A stretch of 64,000 bases of DNA from Mobula hypostoma (taxonomy: Eukaryota): contig NC_086107.1 of the NCBI RefSeq assembly GCF_963921235.1, positions 101,000,001 to 101,064,000 on the forward strand. Direction: 5' to 3'. The position numbers and the translations under genes are program-made. The stretch's first letter is position 1; the number at the start of each line of letters is the position of its first letter. Positions 50,923 to 63,140 of the stretch are shown here, one piece after another. The notes below the pieces were generated by a model. That model made no database searches and was not told the origin of the DNA. It saw only the letters and a list, made by a program, of their open reading frames with translations.

Positions 50923-51524
50923 GTCAGGAATTCCCCTTCACAGCAGGTGTGTTTGACTGGGGATGAGGGAGGGGAGGTTATTTAGCGATCTTGTAAATGC
51001 AAGAGAGGCACCCCAACAAAACAGGTAGATGATTCTGAAAGAAGACCGGTGATGTACTGATACACACTTATTAATATGCAAATCTGCTGGCAAAGGATTG
51101 AGAGAGAGGGCAACACACAAAATGTCAGGCAGCGTCTGTGGAGAGAAATGAGCAGCTGAGGTTTCATGCCGAGACCCTTCGTGAAGACTGGAAAGGAAAG
51201 GGAGTCAGAAGCCAGAATAAAGATGGAGAGAGAAGAGCACAAGCAGGTGATTATTGAATCCAGGTGGATGAGGGAAAATAGGAAGATGGAAGGGAGATGA
51301 AGGGGAATGATGTGAGAAACTGGGGGGAGACAAAGGGCTGAAGAAGAAGAAGAAGGAGAGGACAATAGACTATGGAATAAAGGAAAGGAGGTGGTGAACC
51401 AGAGGAAGGATGCCTGTGAAGTTAGCGGGGGGTGGGGGGAAGAAGGAGTAAAGGTATGTCACCAATAAAGCTGCCAGTTCATGCTCCCCTCGCCCTTATC
51501 CTGGCTTCTGTCCCTTTCCTTTGC

Positions 51525-51560
51525 AATGCTGATGAAGGGTCTCGGCCCGAAACGTTGACT
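51525..51560 (+). ncRNA. Hammerhead with intact core but decayed stem I
   Basis: AATG CTGATGA A GGGT CTCG GCCC GAAA CG TT GACT. Confidence 0.6.
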
Positions 51561-54499
51561 GGCCATCCCCCTCCATAGACGCTGCCTGACTTGCTGAGTT
51601 CCTCCAGCATTTTGTGTGATGCTCCAGGGGTTTCCAGCATCTGCAGAATCTCTTGCGTCTCTGATTGCGAGGCTGTGAGTTGCAAATTTTCAGAAGTGCT
51701 GAATTCTTCAGTCTTTTGAGAATGTAGAAGTTTTGGATGTTAGTTACCTGCTAATCTAACTGTATATTAATAGTACTAGTACCCCTGTGATGGTGATTTA
51801 ATGGTGGATGTTTGCCAATCAACCTTGCTGGCCCAGAAAGGGATCAATCTAACTGCTCATTCCAGCAGCTCATTAATTGTTTAAGAATATCTATTTCTCA
51901 ACTTTACTTATCAGTCTCTTTTTTCCCCTTCTGATACTCCTGTCTTCCCCTCCCTATTCTGATTTTGACTATTCGTGGACACATTTTAAAAAATAAACTT
52001 GCAGCTGCAAAAAAGTCTGAAATAAAAGCAGAAATTGCAGCAACCACTCATCAGGCTGGGCAGCGTTCGTGGGAAGAAAAGCAGTTACCGTTTCAGGTCT
52101 GGGACCCTTTGTCGGAACTTGAGTTCACTGTTCCCTGTCCACCAGGTTGTCCCACTTCCCTTGTGCGTATATTTTTAGCATTACGACAGCACACAATGTC
52201 TGAAATAAAAGGGCGAGGACGTGTTCCAAGTTGTAGATGAAGTTCCAGGAAAGTTGGTGTTCCCATTGTGGACCATACTGTGCAACAGTCTGGGAAAGAT
52301 TAATTGTAGTCTGCATGAAAGTTTAGAGCTGAGGGTGCGATCTCGCAATGTGACAGTGGTGTGTTCAACTGGGTATTTGTTTCCTCTAGTGGAAGTTGAT
52401 TCTGTGTGAACTCGGGCAGTGTGAAGAGCCCGCGTGTGCTGACTACCTCACAGAGTGGTCCTAATGCACGCCGTGGCGCTGTGGCTGCGGTTGCACCTTG
52501 ACCTTCAGCAGCACCCAGAGCTGCCGATCCAGGATCCCCACAAGGATACCAATGTGGGAATGCAACAAGTGCAGGTGTTGGGAATGTGTATTTAGAGCCA
52601 GAAGTTGGGTGATGGGACGTTATGGAGGTTGAGTGGGAAAGTATTCACTTTGGAAAAGGGGGAATATATTTTGTAAGGTGATCAAAAAGGCGCAACAGTG
52701 CCTTTATTTCCTGCAGAGCATCAAGAAAGCTCACCTCTGTCCCAGGATACTGACAGACTTTTACTGCAGTACCATTGAGAGCATACTCACCAACTGCATC
52801 TCAGTGTGGTATGGCAATTGCCCCGTATCGGACCGCAAAGCACTCCAGCGTGTGGTGAAAACTGCCCAGCGGATTATCGGCACCCAATTGCCCACCATTG
52901 AAAACACTGCCTGGGCAGGGCGAAAAGCATTATCAAGGATGCATCTCACCCTAACCATGGACTTTTTACTCTCCTCCCATCCGGTAGGCGCTACAGGAGC
53001 CTCCGCTCCCGCACCAGCAGGCACAGGAAGAGCTTATTCCCTGAGGCTGTGACCCTGCTGAACCTCTCATCACAGTGCTAAGCAATATTGCACCCATATT
53101 GTACTGTCTCAGTACTTTTATATTTGTGTGCTATAGCACTTACTTTTTATTCGCAGATATTTTGTAAATAACACTATTCTTTGCATTTTTGGTTAGATGC
53201 TAACTGCATTTCATTGGCTTTGTATCTGTAGTCGGCACAATGATAATGAAGTTGAATCTAATCTAATCTAAATGGCAGCATCCAATTTTTGGGAAAGGAA
53301 GGAAATATGAATGTGAATCCTTCCCAGATTATGAACTTCTGAGAGAGGAACGAGCATCTGGGAGTTGGGTGGGATGGAATTGCCAGCTGCTGTAGAGCTG
53401 CAGGCATCCTCTGCTGCATGGGAGATGGTTTGCAGCTCCATTTTAACTTCTGAGCTATTGACAGGAATGGGAACCCTGCCATAACCCTGCGGGCAAACTC
53501 TACTGAGCGTTATTAGCATTTATTTTATTTTTGATTTTAAAAAAAGTTTATTGAAATACAATGTAGAATAGGTCCTCTTGGCCCTTTGAGCCACACCACC
53601 CAGAAATCCCCTGATTTAATCCTAGCCTAATCGTGGGACAATTTACATTGACCAATTAATCTACCAACCGGTAGCTCTTTGGACTGTGGGAGGAAACTGG
53701 GGCACCCGGAGGAAACCCACGCGGTTACGGGAAGAACGTGCAAACTCCTTACAGGCAGTGGTGGGAATTGAATCTGGGTCGCTGGCACTGTAAAGTGTCG
53801 TGCCAACCACTGCGCCACTGTGCCACATGTTAGTCTTTAATATGTAAAAATGGAGCCGCGTTGCAGTTACATCTGATCATAATGAAGCCATAGGTCCAGT
53901 CATGAGAGAATCTGCAGATGCGGGAAATCCAAAGCAACGCACACGGAATGCTGGTGGAACTCAGCAGGCCGGGCAGAATCTGTGGAAAAGAGCAAATGGT
54001 TGAGGTTTCATGCTGAGATCCTTCAACAGGAAGGTGTCCACAGGCCCAGTGTTGGCGTCTTTACATAAAAGTAGACTATCCTTGGAGGAATGCCATGATG
54101 ACTCACTGTATCTGCAAGGGGGACACTGTGAGGGGAATTCTTTGAAGAGAGACGGAGGAGCTCAGTATGGCATACCCCAGAGTTCCGGAAAATTGGAGAT
54201 AATCTCATCGAAGGATGTGGGTCTGGGAATTCAGTTGCAGGGTGCCTTTTCTTCAGTGCTAGGTGATTGAAGATCAACTTTCCCTGTGGTGAAATGGGCT
54301 AGTGACCGCCTGTGGGTCACTGTGTGCCACTGCAGGGATTTGAGTGATCACCTTGTATAACTGAGAGTTTCATCAGGTACACTTGGGATAATGTCTCTCC
54401 CTGTGAATCATTTGCCCAGGGAATGGGAATGATTGTTTGAACAGGTAACCAGTCATGCTGATTAACTCAATGCTGGACTTGGACCTGCGTAAGTTAACA

Positions 54500-55890
54500 T
54501 AAAACATACATAGAATAGTACAGCACAGTACAGGCCCTTTGGCCCACAATGTTGTGCTGACCCTTAATCCCTGCCTCCCATATACCGCCCCCACCTTAAA
54601 TTCCTCCATATACCTGTCTAGTAGTCTCTTAATTTTCACTAGTGTATCTGCCTCCACCACTGACTCAGGCAGTGCATTCCAGGCACCAACCACTCTCTGA
54701 GTAAAAAACCTTCCTCTAATATCCCCCTTGAACTTCCCACCCCTCACCTTAAATCCATGTCCTCTTGTATTGAGCAATGGTGCCCTGGGGAAGAGGCGCT
54801 GGCTGTCCACTCTATCTATTCCTCTTATTATCTTGTACACCTTTATCATGTCTCCTCTCATCCTCCTCTCCAAAGAGTAAAGCCCTAGCTCCCTTAATCT
54901 CTGTTCATAATGCATACTCTCTAAACCAGGCAGCATCCTGGTAAGTCTCCTCTGTACCCTTTCCATTGCTTCCACATCCTTCCTCTAGTGAGGCGACCAG
55001 AACTGGACACAGTACTCCAAGTGTGGCCTAACCAGAGATTTATAGAGCTGCATCATTACCTCAGGACTCTTAAACTCTATCCCTCGATTTATGAAAGCTA
55101 ACACCCCATAAGCTTTCTTAACTACCCTATCTACCTGTGAGGCAACTTTCAGGGATCTGTGGACATGTACCCCCAGATCCCTCTGCTCCTCCACACTACC
55201 AAGTAACTTACCATTTACTTTGTACTCTGCCTTGGAGTTTGTCCTTCCAAAGTGTACCACCTCACACTTCTCTGGGTTGAACTCCATTTGCCACTTCTCA
55301 GCCCACTTCTGCATCCTATCAGTGTCTCTCTGCAATCTTCGACAATCCTCTACACTATCCACAACACCACCAACCTTTGTGTCGTCTGCAAATTTGCCAA
55401 CCCACTCTTCTACCCCCACATCCAGGTCATTAATAAAAATCACAAAAAGTAGAGGTCCCAGAACCGATCCTTGTGGGACACCGCTCGTCACAACCCTCCA
55501 GTCCGAATGTACTCCCTCCACCACGACCCTCTGCTTTCTGCAGGCAAGCCAATTCTGAATCCACCTGGCCAAACTTCCCTGGATCCCATGCCTTCTGACT
55601 TTCTGAATAAGCCTACCGTGTGGAACCTTGTTAAATGCCTTACTAAAATCCATGTAGATCACATCCACTGCACTACTCTCATCTATATGCCTGGTCACCT
55701 CCTCAAAGAACTCCACCGGCTTGTTAGACACGATCTGCCCTTCACAAAGCCATGCTGACTGTCCCTGATCAGGCCATGTTTCTCTAAATGCCCATAGATC
55801 CTATCTCTAAGAATTTTTTCCAACAGCTTTCCCACCACAGACGTAAGGCTCACTGGTCTATAATTACCTGGACTATCCCTACTACCTTTT
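54500..55890 (-). mobile_element. CR1 LINE fragment with well-preserved RT
   Basis: YRPVSLTS, MDFSKAF, SGVPQGSVLGP and FADDTK motifs in ORFs 54985-55922. Confidence 0.95.
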
Positions 55891-56499
55891 TTGAACCTTT
55901 TTCGAAGACTGATTATTTTCAACCTTCACCCCTTTCCCACTGTTGCACTCAGTATGTTACCAATCTCTTCCCCCCACTGCCTCTAGCTAGCCAATCGGTT
56001 CTCCTCCCACAGTCCAAAGATCAAGCTCCAACCCTCTGATCTCCTGGCCCTTGACCCTCCAATCCCTTAATAGCTTTGACCTTCTAAAACCCCAATCAAT
56101 GCCTAGAGCCTCCGAGGCCCAAACCCTACCCCTGTGCCTCCATCCTTTTGTTATGTTCTGTAACTTCAAAACATTAAATTAAGTCAAATAAAAATGCGGG
56201 GTCTGAAATACGGGTCTAACTTCGTCATTACTTTAAGACACACACATGGTACATGGTAGAATGATGACGTAGACAATTAACATATTTGTACATAGAACCC
56301 ATATTTAATTTTTGAAATGAACAAGAATGCTTAATCAACCTATATATATATACACACACACAAGATTACTAAAATATTATTGAAATATTAAATACACAAC
56401 ACCTTTGACCATTTAGTCCCTGAAACCCCTGATGCTGGTCCATATCTGCTAGAAGGGTCAGTATTCCAGACCTTTAACCTGAGGTTGGATCCTTCAGAG

Positions 56500-56574
56500 T
56501 CTGAGAGAAGCTTCTCAGATAGAACCAACTGAATCTCACTGGGCAAGGATGTCTACCTACAGACAGTCAGCAAG
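56500..56574 (+). pseudogene. Dead copy of a type A exon (SERSFSDRTN*ISLGKDVYLQTVSK)
   Basis: Aligns without gaps to exon 60423. Has an in-frame TGA, a shifted acceptor and no donor at the expected position. Confidence 0.65.
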
Positions 56575-57030
56575 TGTACAACTTTATATTGGTTCTTGCA
56601 CTCTCAATGACACTGCCAACAGTCCCACACCACCAGGTTTGTGACCCACACCACCACGTTTAGGAACAGTTATTAACCTTCGACCGAGGCTACCCAAGCC
56701 TTCCCCGCCCGTGAGCACATCTACACAGAGCGCTGTCGCGAAGAAAGCAGCATCGATCATCAAGGACCCCCACCATCCAGACCATCTTCTTGCTGCTGCC
56801 ATCAGGAGCTTTAGGTCCCACACCACCAGGTTCAGGAACAGTTGTTACCTGTCAACCATCAAACTCCTGAACCAGTCTGGATAACTTCACACACCTCTAC
56901 TCTGAACTGATTCCACATCCATTGGACTTGCTTTCAAAGTCTCTACAACTCATGTTCTCAGTATTTACAACAACACACACAAAATGCTGGTGAACGCAGC
57001 AGGCCAGACAGCATCCATAGGAAGAAGCAC

Positions 57031-57066
57031 AGTCGACGTTTCAGGCTGAGACCCTTCGTCAGGACT
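57031..57066 (-). ncRNA. Minimal type I hammerhead ribozyme in a ~100 bp solo element
   Basis: Reverse complement: AGTC CTGACGA A GGGT CTCA GCCT GAAA CG TC GACT. Confidence 0.85.
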
Positions 57067-57229
57067 CTCAGTGTTTATTTATTTATTATTATTTTGTTTT
57101 TTAATTTTTGTGCAGTTCTTTTGCTTGTCAATCTTTGTATGTAGCTTTTCATTGGTTCTTATTGTATTTGTTTGTTCTGCTTGTTGTGAATGCCTGCAAG
57201 AAAATGAATCTCAGGGTAGTATATGGTGA

Positions 57230-57359
57230 GCAACACACACCAAAAGCTGGAGGAACTCAGCAGGCCAGGCAGCATCTATGGAGAAAAGTACAGTTGACAT
57301 TTCAGCCCGAAACCCAATCCTGCTAAATTTCCAGCATCTGCAGATTTTCTCTTGTTTGA
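57230..57359. mobile_element. Inverted PLE mini-element (module plus tail)
   Basis: TSD agtatatggtga at 57218-57229 and 57360-57371. Confidence 0.75.
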
Positions 57360-59344
57360 AGTATATGGTGACATGTACTTTGATCAGAAGTTTACCTGAA
57401 ACCTTGACCAGTCTATCTCTACCTCGGTACGTGGTGGTGGGCTCCCTCTGGAAATCGCGCGGCCACTTCGGTGGTGATGTCTGTTATCTGTCAAGTAGGG
57501 GACCGTGCACAATTCTGATTTGATGGAGACGGATGTGAGAGTACGGAGGAACATCTGGAAAACTTCTGAAATGCCCGTTTTGCTGCCGCTGCTACTGTGT
57601 GGTAACCGGAATCTCTGGAGCAGAAGGCCCCGAATCCTCGGCTTTGCTTGTTTCAGCGGCGGGGAGAGGTCGAAGGCGCTTGGCAGAGGATGGCGCTCGG
57701 GAGGCTGTATCGGAGAGGCTGGTCGGAAGCTCGAAGTTTTTGGATGGATGGACTCAGTGTCGGCTGTGGTCGCTGCTTCCAAGGCATCGGCAAGTTGACG
57801 GTGCCTGGAGGTTTATGGCAGGGAGTTTCTCCCTTTTGCTGCCTGGTATCGGGGACTTGGGAGTCGATCGACTCGGGGACTTTGAGACTTTATTTACCGT
57901 GCCCATGGTTTGTTCTTCATCAAATTATGGTATTGCTTTGCACTGCTGTAACTATATATTAGAATTATGTGGTTCTGTCAGTGTTAGTTTTTGGTTTGTC
58001 CTGTTTTCTGTGATATCACTCCGGAGAAACATTGTATCATTTCTTAGTGCATGTATGCATTTCTAAATGACAATAAAAGAGGACTGAGTGTTCTCATAAT
58101 CGAAAAAAAAATCTGCAGCCCCCGAATCCCTGCTCCACCAGTGGGATTTGATATGAAAGTTCCAAAGGAGACTAAACCAAGTAATGTCAAGTGAGAAGGT
58201 GCATGAAGTAGAGACAGTTGTACTGTCAGAGATGCTCTTGTGTAGTTGGGAGCAGGTTCAGTGGGGCTGAGCTCAATCAGCTCCTGCAGGGTCTCCTGTG
58301 AACAGTATGTAGTGTGAGAGCAGTGGAAGGAATGGGGATCTTGGTGGGCTCCTTTGCTTACCACTGGGACCCCTCTTCCCTCCACCATACCCATTCTTGT
58401 CCTCACCCATTGGGATTCTGTGCCCCTCCCTCTCCAGTAAGACCTTTGACCCTCTCTATTGGGACATGTACTCTATCCACACCTCTCCACTGGGATCTAC
58501 CACTGGCTTGTGATTGGTTGGTTTCCTTCTGCTGATCTGTAAAGGTAATTTTGATTGGTCAGCCTGACTACCACACAATGCTCTCAGGGTTTCCCTGACA
58601 CTGAGTCTGGCATTCTCATCAGCCAGAGGAGGGGTTTGTTGGAGTGGAGGGGTCCCATTGAGGGGGAGAGGGGGACTTGGTGGAGATCCTCTTTCCTGCT
58701 TCCCCTCCATCACTCCTGCTCTACTTGCTGTTCAGAGGACATGAGCCCCAGTGAGCCTGTTGGCCCACCCCTTCCTCCGTCTACACGGAATGGCGCTAAC
58801 AGCACGATAGTCTGCAGATCAGACACCTTCTCACCTGAACACAGACCAGGGCGTTCCTCAGTTTAGACATCTGGGAATTCTCACAACAAATGCCACTCAG
58901 CAAAGGTGCAACCTCGGAACAGGACGTTCCTTTAGACGGAGGTGAGGAGGAACTTCTTTAGCCAGAGAGTGGTGAATCTGTAGAATTCTTTGCCACGGGC
59001 AGCTGTGGAGGCCAAGACACTGGGTATATTTAAAGTAAAGGTTGATAGGTTCTTGATTAGGGTGTCAAAGGTTATGTGGAGAAGGCAGGAGAATGGGGTT
59101 GAGAGGGAAATTAAATCAGCCATGATAGAATGGCAGAGTGAATACAATGGGCTGAATGGCCTAAGTCTGCTCTTATATCTTATGGTAAGGAGTTGTGGCA
59201 TTCTGGAAGGAGTCTAGTGCCACGTTCCCAGATTAAATGGGGATGGATTATTGTCAGTGTCGTCCATTTTTATAGTTAACCAATCAACAGTAATTAATGG
59301 AGTGGGTGATACCAAGTTTGTCAAAACATTTCCACATCCTCCCA

Positions 59345-59586
59345 ATCAACACACACAAAAACTGCTGGTGAACGCAGCAGGCCAGACAGCATCTATAGGA
59401 AGAGGTACAGTCTATATTTTGGGCCGAGACCCTTCATCAGGACTAACGCCTTGTTAGTGCTGACGAAGGGTCTAGGCCCAAAATGTCGACTGTACCTCTT
59501 CCTAGAGATGCTGCCTGGTCTGCTGCGTTCACCAGCAGTTTTTGTGTGTTTTGATTGAAATTCCAGTATCTGCAGATTTCCTTGTG
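59345..59586. mobile_element. Palindromic PLE mini-element (two back-to-back terminal modules)
   Basis: ~100 bp arms around a 5 nt spacer gcctt. TSD tccacatcctccca at 59331-59344 and 59587-59600. Confidence 0.88.
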
Positions 59587-59689
59587 TCCACATCCTCCCA
59601 CCCTGTTTCAATGACAGTGTCTGCTACTAATTTCTGGTAGGTGGTATCTCATTAATCAGAGTACCTCAAGGAGCCAGTGTTCTACTGTT

Positions 59690-60140
59690 CTCACCCCACT
59701 ACACAGACAGTGTCCAGTTGTTACGCCCCCTACATTGCAGTGTCCAAGCCATCCCATCCCTCACATTGCCACTTTCTAACCATCTCAGCTCCACATCGCC
59801 AGTGCCCAAACCATCTCACCCCCTACATTTCCAGTGTCCAAATATTCCCAGCCCACACCGCCACTACCCAACCCATTTCATCCCCCACACTTCCAGTGTC
59901 CAACTATCCCCAGCCCACACTGCCACTGTCCAACCCATCTCATCACTCACACTGCCAATGTTTACCTGTTCCCATCCCCCTCACTGCCAGTGCCCAACCC
60001 ATCTCACCCCACACATTGCCAGTGCCCAGTTGTTCCCACCCCTCAACGCCAGTGTCCAATCTGTTCCATGCTCCATAGTGCCAGTGTCCCCAGCCCATCC
60101 CAACCCCTCCCTCACAGTTCCAATATCCAACTGCCAGTCT
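59690..60140. repeat. Degenerate C-rich minisatellite (~33-35 bp unit)
   Basis: Recurrent cacactgccagtgtccaacccatctcacccc-like units. Confidence 0.8.
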
Positions 60141-60422
60141 CAACTGTTCCCTCTAAACAGTGGTCCCTGGTTTAATTTCTCTGTGGTCATTGTCAACTTG
60201 AAAGTGACCGCTGTTGCAGGTTCTCTCTGGAAATCTGCAAACTTTCCCCACAACTCCTGGTGTTCTCTGCTGTTCCGTTGCACTGGTCCTGCCACCTCAG
60301 GACTGTACTGAGGGAGCAGGAGGACCCACTGTGATGGTGTGTTACCACCAATGGCCACTGAGAAGTGAAAACGCGAGGTCCAGCCTCAGACTGTGAAAAG
60401 ACTTTGTTAACTTCCTGCACAG

Positions 60423-60506
60423 ACTGAGAGAGGACTCACAACCAGGACCATGCCCACCTCACCAGACAAAGATGTCTATCCACAGACAGCGAACAAGCAG
60501 GAAAAG
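60423..60506 (+). CDS. Predicted internal exon TERGLTTRTMPTSPDKDVYPQTANKQEK
   Basis: Acceptor aacttcctgcacag, donor gtgagg, 84 nt. Ungapped paralog of 63653. Confidence 0.82.
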
Positions 60507-60659
60507 GTGAGGCCGATGCTGCATCCATGGGTGACTCTTGTCCAGCTGCACAGACTAGGGATATCCCAGACAATCTGCCCTAGGATACTCTGAGAAGGTG
60601 GTAATTAGCTTCCTTTAACAATGGAGTTCATCTTCAAAAGGCAATGCCTCAAACAGGCG

Positions 60660-63140
60660 GCATAAGGTATAGGAGCAGAATTAGGCCATTGACTCATCGA
60701 GTCTTCTCCGCCATTTCATCATGCCTGATCCAGTTTTCCTCTCAACCCCAGTCTCCTGCCTTCTCCCGGTATCCCTTCGTGCCCTGACCAATCAAAGACT
60801 CGGCCTCCACAGCTGCCTGTGGAGAAGAGTTCTACAGATTCAGCACTCTCTAGCTAAAGAAATACCTTCTCATCTCCATTCTAAAAGGACTCCCCTCTAT
60901 TCTGAGGCTGTGTCCTCTGGTTTTAGACTCTGCCACCACAGGAAACATCCTCTGCACATCCACTCTATCAAGGTCTTTCACCATTTGATAGTTTTCAATG
61001 AGGTCACCCCTCATTCTTCTGAATCCTAGTGAATACAGGCCCAGAGCCATCAAACACTCTTCGTATGACAAGTCATTCAATCCTGGAATCATTTTCGTGA
61101 ACCTCCTTTGAACCCTCTTCAGTTTCAGCACATCCTTTCTAAGATAAGGAAGCCAAAACTGCTCACAATACTCCAAGTGAGTCCCCACCAGTGCTTTATA
61201 AAGTTTCAACATTACATCCTTGCTTTTATATTCTAGTCCTCTTGAAATGAATGCTAATATTGCATTTGCCTTCCTCACCACAGATTCAACCTACAAATGA
61301 GTCTTTAGGGAGTCCTGCACAAGGACTCCCAAGTCCCTTTGCACCTCAGATTTTTTGTATTTTCTCTCCATTTAGAAAATAGTCAACCCCTTCATTTCTT
61401 CTACCAAAGTGTGTGACCGTACACTGCCCGACACTGTGTTCCATTTGCCATTTCTTTGCCCATATTCTTAATCTGACCAAGTCCTTCTGTAGCCTCTTTA
61501 CTTCTTCAAAACTACCTGCCTCTCCACCTATCTTCATATTGTCTGCAAACTGCATCAAAGCCATCAATTCCGTCATCCAAATCATTGACACATAATGTAA
61601 AAAGAATTGGTCCCAACACAGACCCCTGTGGAACACCAACGGCCAGCCAGAAAAGGCTCCCTTTATTCCCACTGTTTTCCCCCTGCCAAACAGCACTGCT
61701 TTGTCCATGCTAGAATCTTTCCTGTAATACCATGGACTCTTTGCTTGTTAAACAGCCTCATGTGTTCACCTTGTCAAAGACCTTCTGAAAACCAAGTACA
61801 TAACATCAACTGATTCTCCTTTGTCCATCCTGCTTGTTGTTTCTTCAAAGAATTCCAACAGATTTGTCAGGCAAGATTTTCCCTTGAAGAAACCATGCTG
61901 ACTGCTGGCTATTTTATCACATGGCTCCAAGTACCCTGAGACCTCATCCTTAAATCGACTCCAACATCTTGCCAACCACTGAGGTCAGACTAACTAGCCT
62001 ATAGTTTCCTTTCTCCTGTATTTCTCCCTTCAGTTCATCCTCCATTTCCTTGTCCCCCATTACTACTTCTCCAGCATCGTTTTCCAATGGTCCGATATCA
62101 CTCTCGTCTCTTTTTTACACTTTATGTATCTGAAGAAACTTTTGGTATCCTCTTTAATATTATTGGTTAGTTTACTTTCGTGTTCCATCTTTACCTTAAG
62201 TACTTTTTAGTTGCCTTCTGTTGGTTTTTAAAAGCTTCTCAATTCTTTAACTTCCCACTAAATTTTGCTCTATTATATGCCCCTCAGGCCTGATGAAGGG
62301 TCCCAGCCTGAAACGTCGACTGTTTACTCTTCTCCATAGATGCTGCCAGGCCTGCTGAGTTCCCCCAGAATTTTGTGTCTCTTGCTTTGGCTTTTATGTT
62401 GGCTTTGACTTCTTTTGTTAGCCAGGGTTGTGTCATCTTTCCTTTAGAATACTTCTTCCTCTTTGGGATGTATATATCCTGTGCCTTCTGAATTGCTTTC
62501 AGAAATTCCAGCCATTGCTGCTCTGCCATCATCCCTGCCAGTGTTCTTTTCCAGTCAATTGACTGGATTGGGGAGCATGCCTTATGAGAATAGGTTGAGT
62601 GAACACGGCCTTTTCTCCTTGGAGTGACGGAGGATGAGAGGTGCCCTGATAGACAGGTACAAGGTGATGAGAGGCATCGATCGTGTGGATAGTCAGAGGC
62701 TTTTTCCCAGGGCTGAAATGGCTAGCACGAGAGGGCACAGTTTTAAGGTGCTTGGAAGTAGGTACAGAGGAGATGTCAGGGGTAGGCTTTTTACGCAGAG
62801 AGTGGTGAGTGCGTGGAATGGGCTGCCGGCGCTGGTGGTGGAGGAGACGGATACGATAGGGTCTTTTAAGAGACTCCTGGATAGGTACATGGAGCTCAGA
62901 AAAATAGAGGGCTATGGGTAACCCTAAGTAATTTCTAAGGTAAGGACATATTTGGCACAGCTTTGTGGGCCCAAGGGCCTGTATTGTGCTGCAGGTTTTC
63001 TATGTTTCTATGTTCTAATTCGGGCCAACTCCTCTCTCATGTCTGCGTAATTCCCTTTACTCCACTGTAATACTGATACATCTGACTTTGGCTTCTCCTT
63101 CTCAAATTCCAGGGTGAATTTGATCATATTATGATCAGTT
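60660..63140 (-). mobile_element. Decayed CR1 LINE with a nested PLE module (62284-62380) and a plus-strand CR1 tail (~62570-63017)
   Basis: QHGFFKGKSCLTNLLEFFEE, FADNMKIG and HLEYCEQFW peptides. Confidence 0.88.
62286..62321 (+). ncRNA. Hammerhead with intact core and one stem I mismatch
   Basis: AGGC CTGATGA A GGGT CCCA GCCT GAAA CG TC GACT. Confidence 0.65.

Noticed and set aside
58736..58866. Strong acceptor followed by a Pro/Ser-rich frame
   Set aside because: No similarity to the repeat exons, a phase mismatch and no convincing donor.
59677..60311. Overlapping Pro/His-rich ORFs
   Set aside because: Products of the C-rich minisatellite, open in all three frames.
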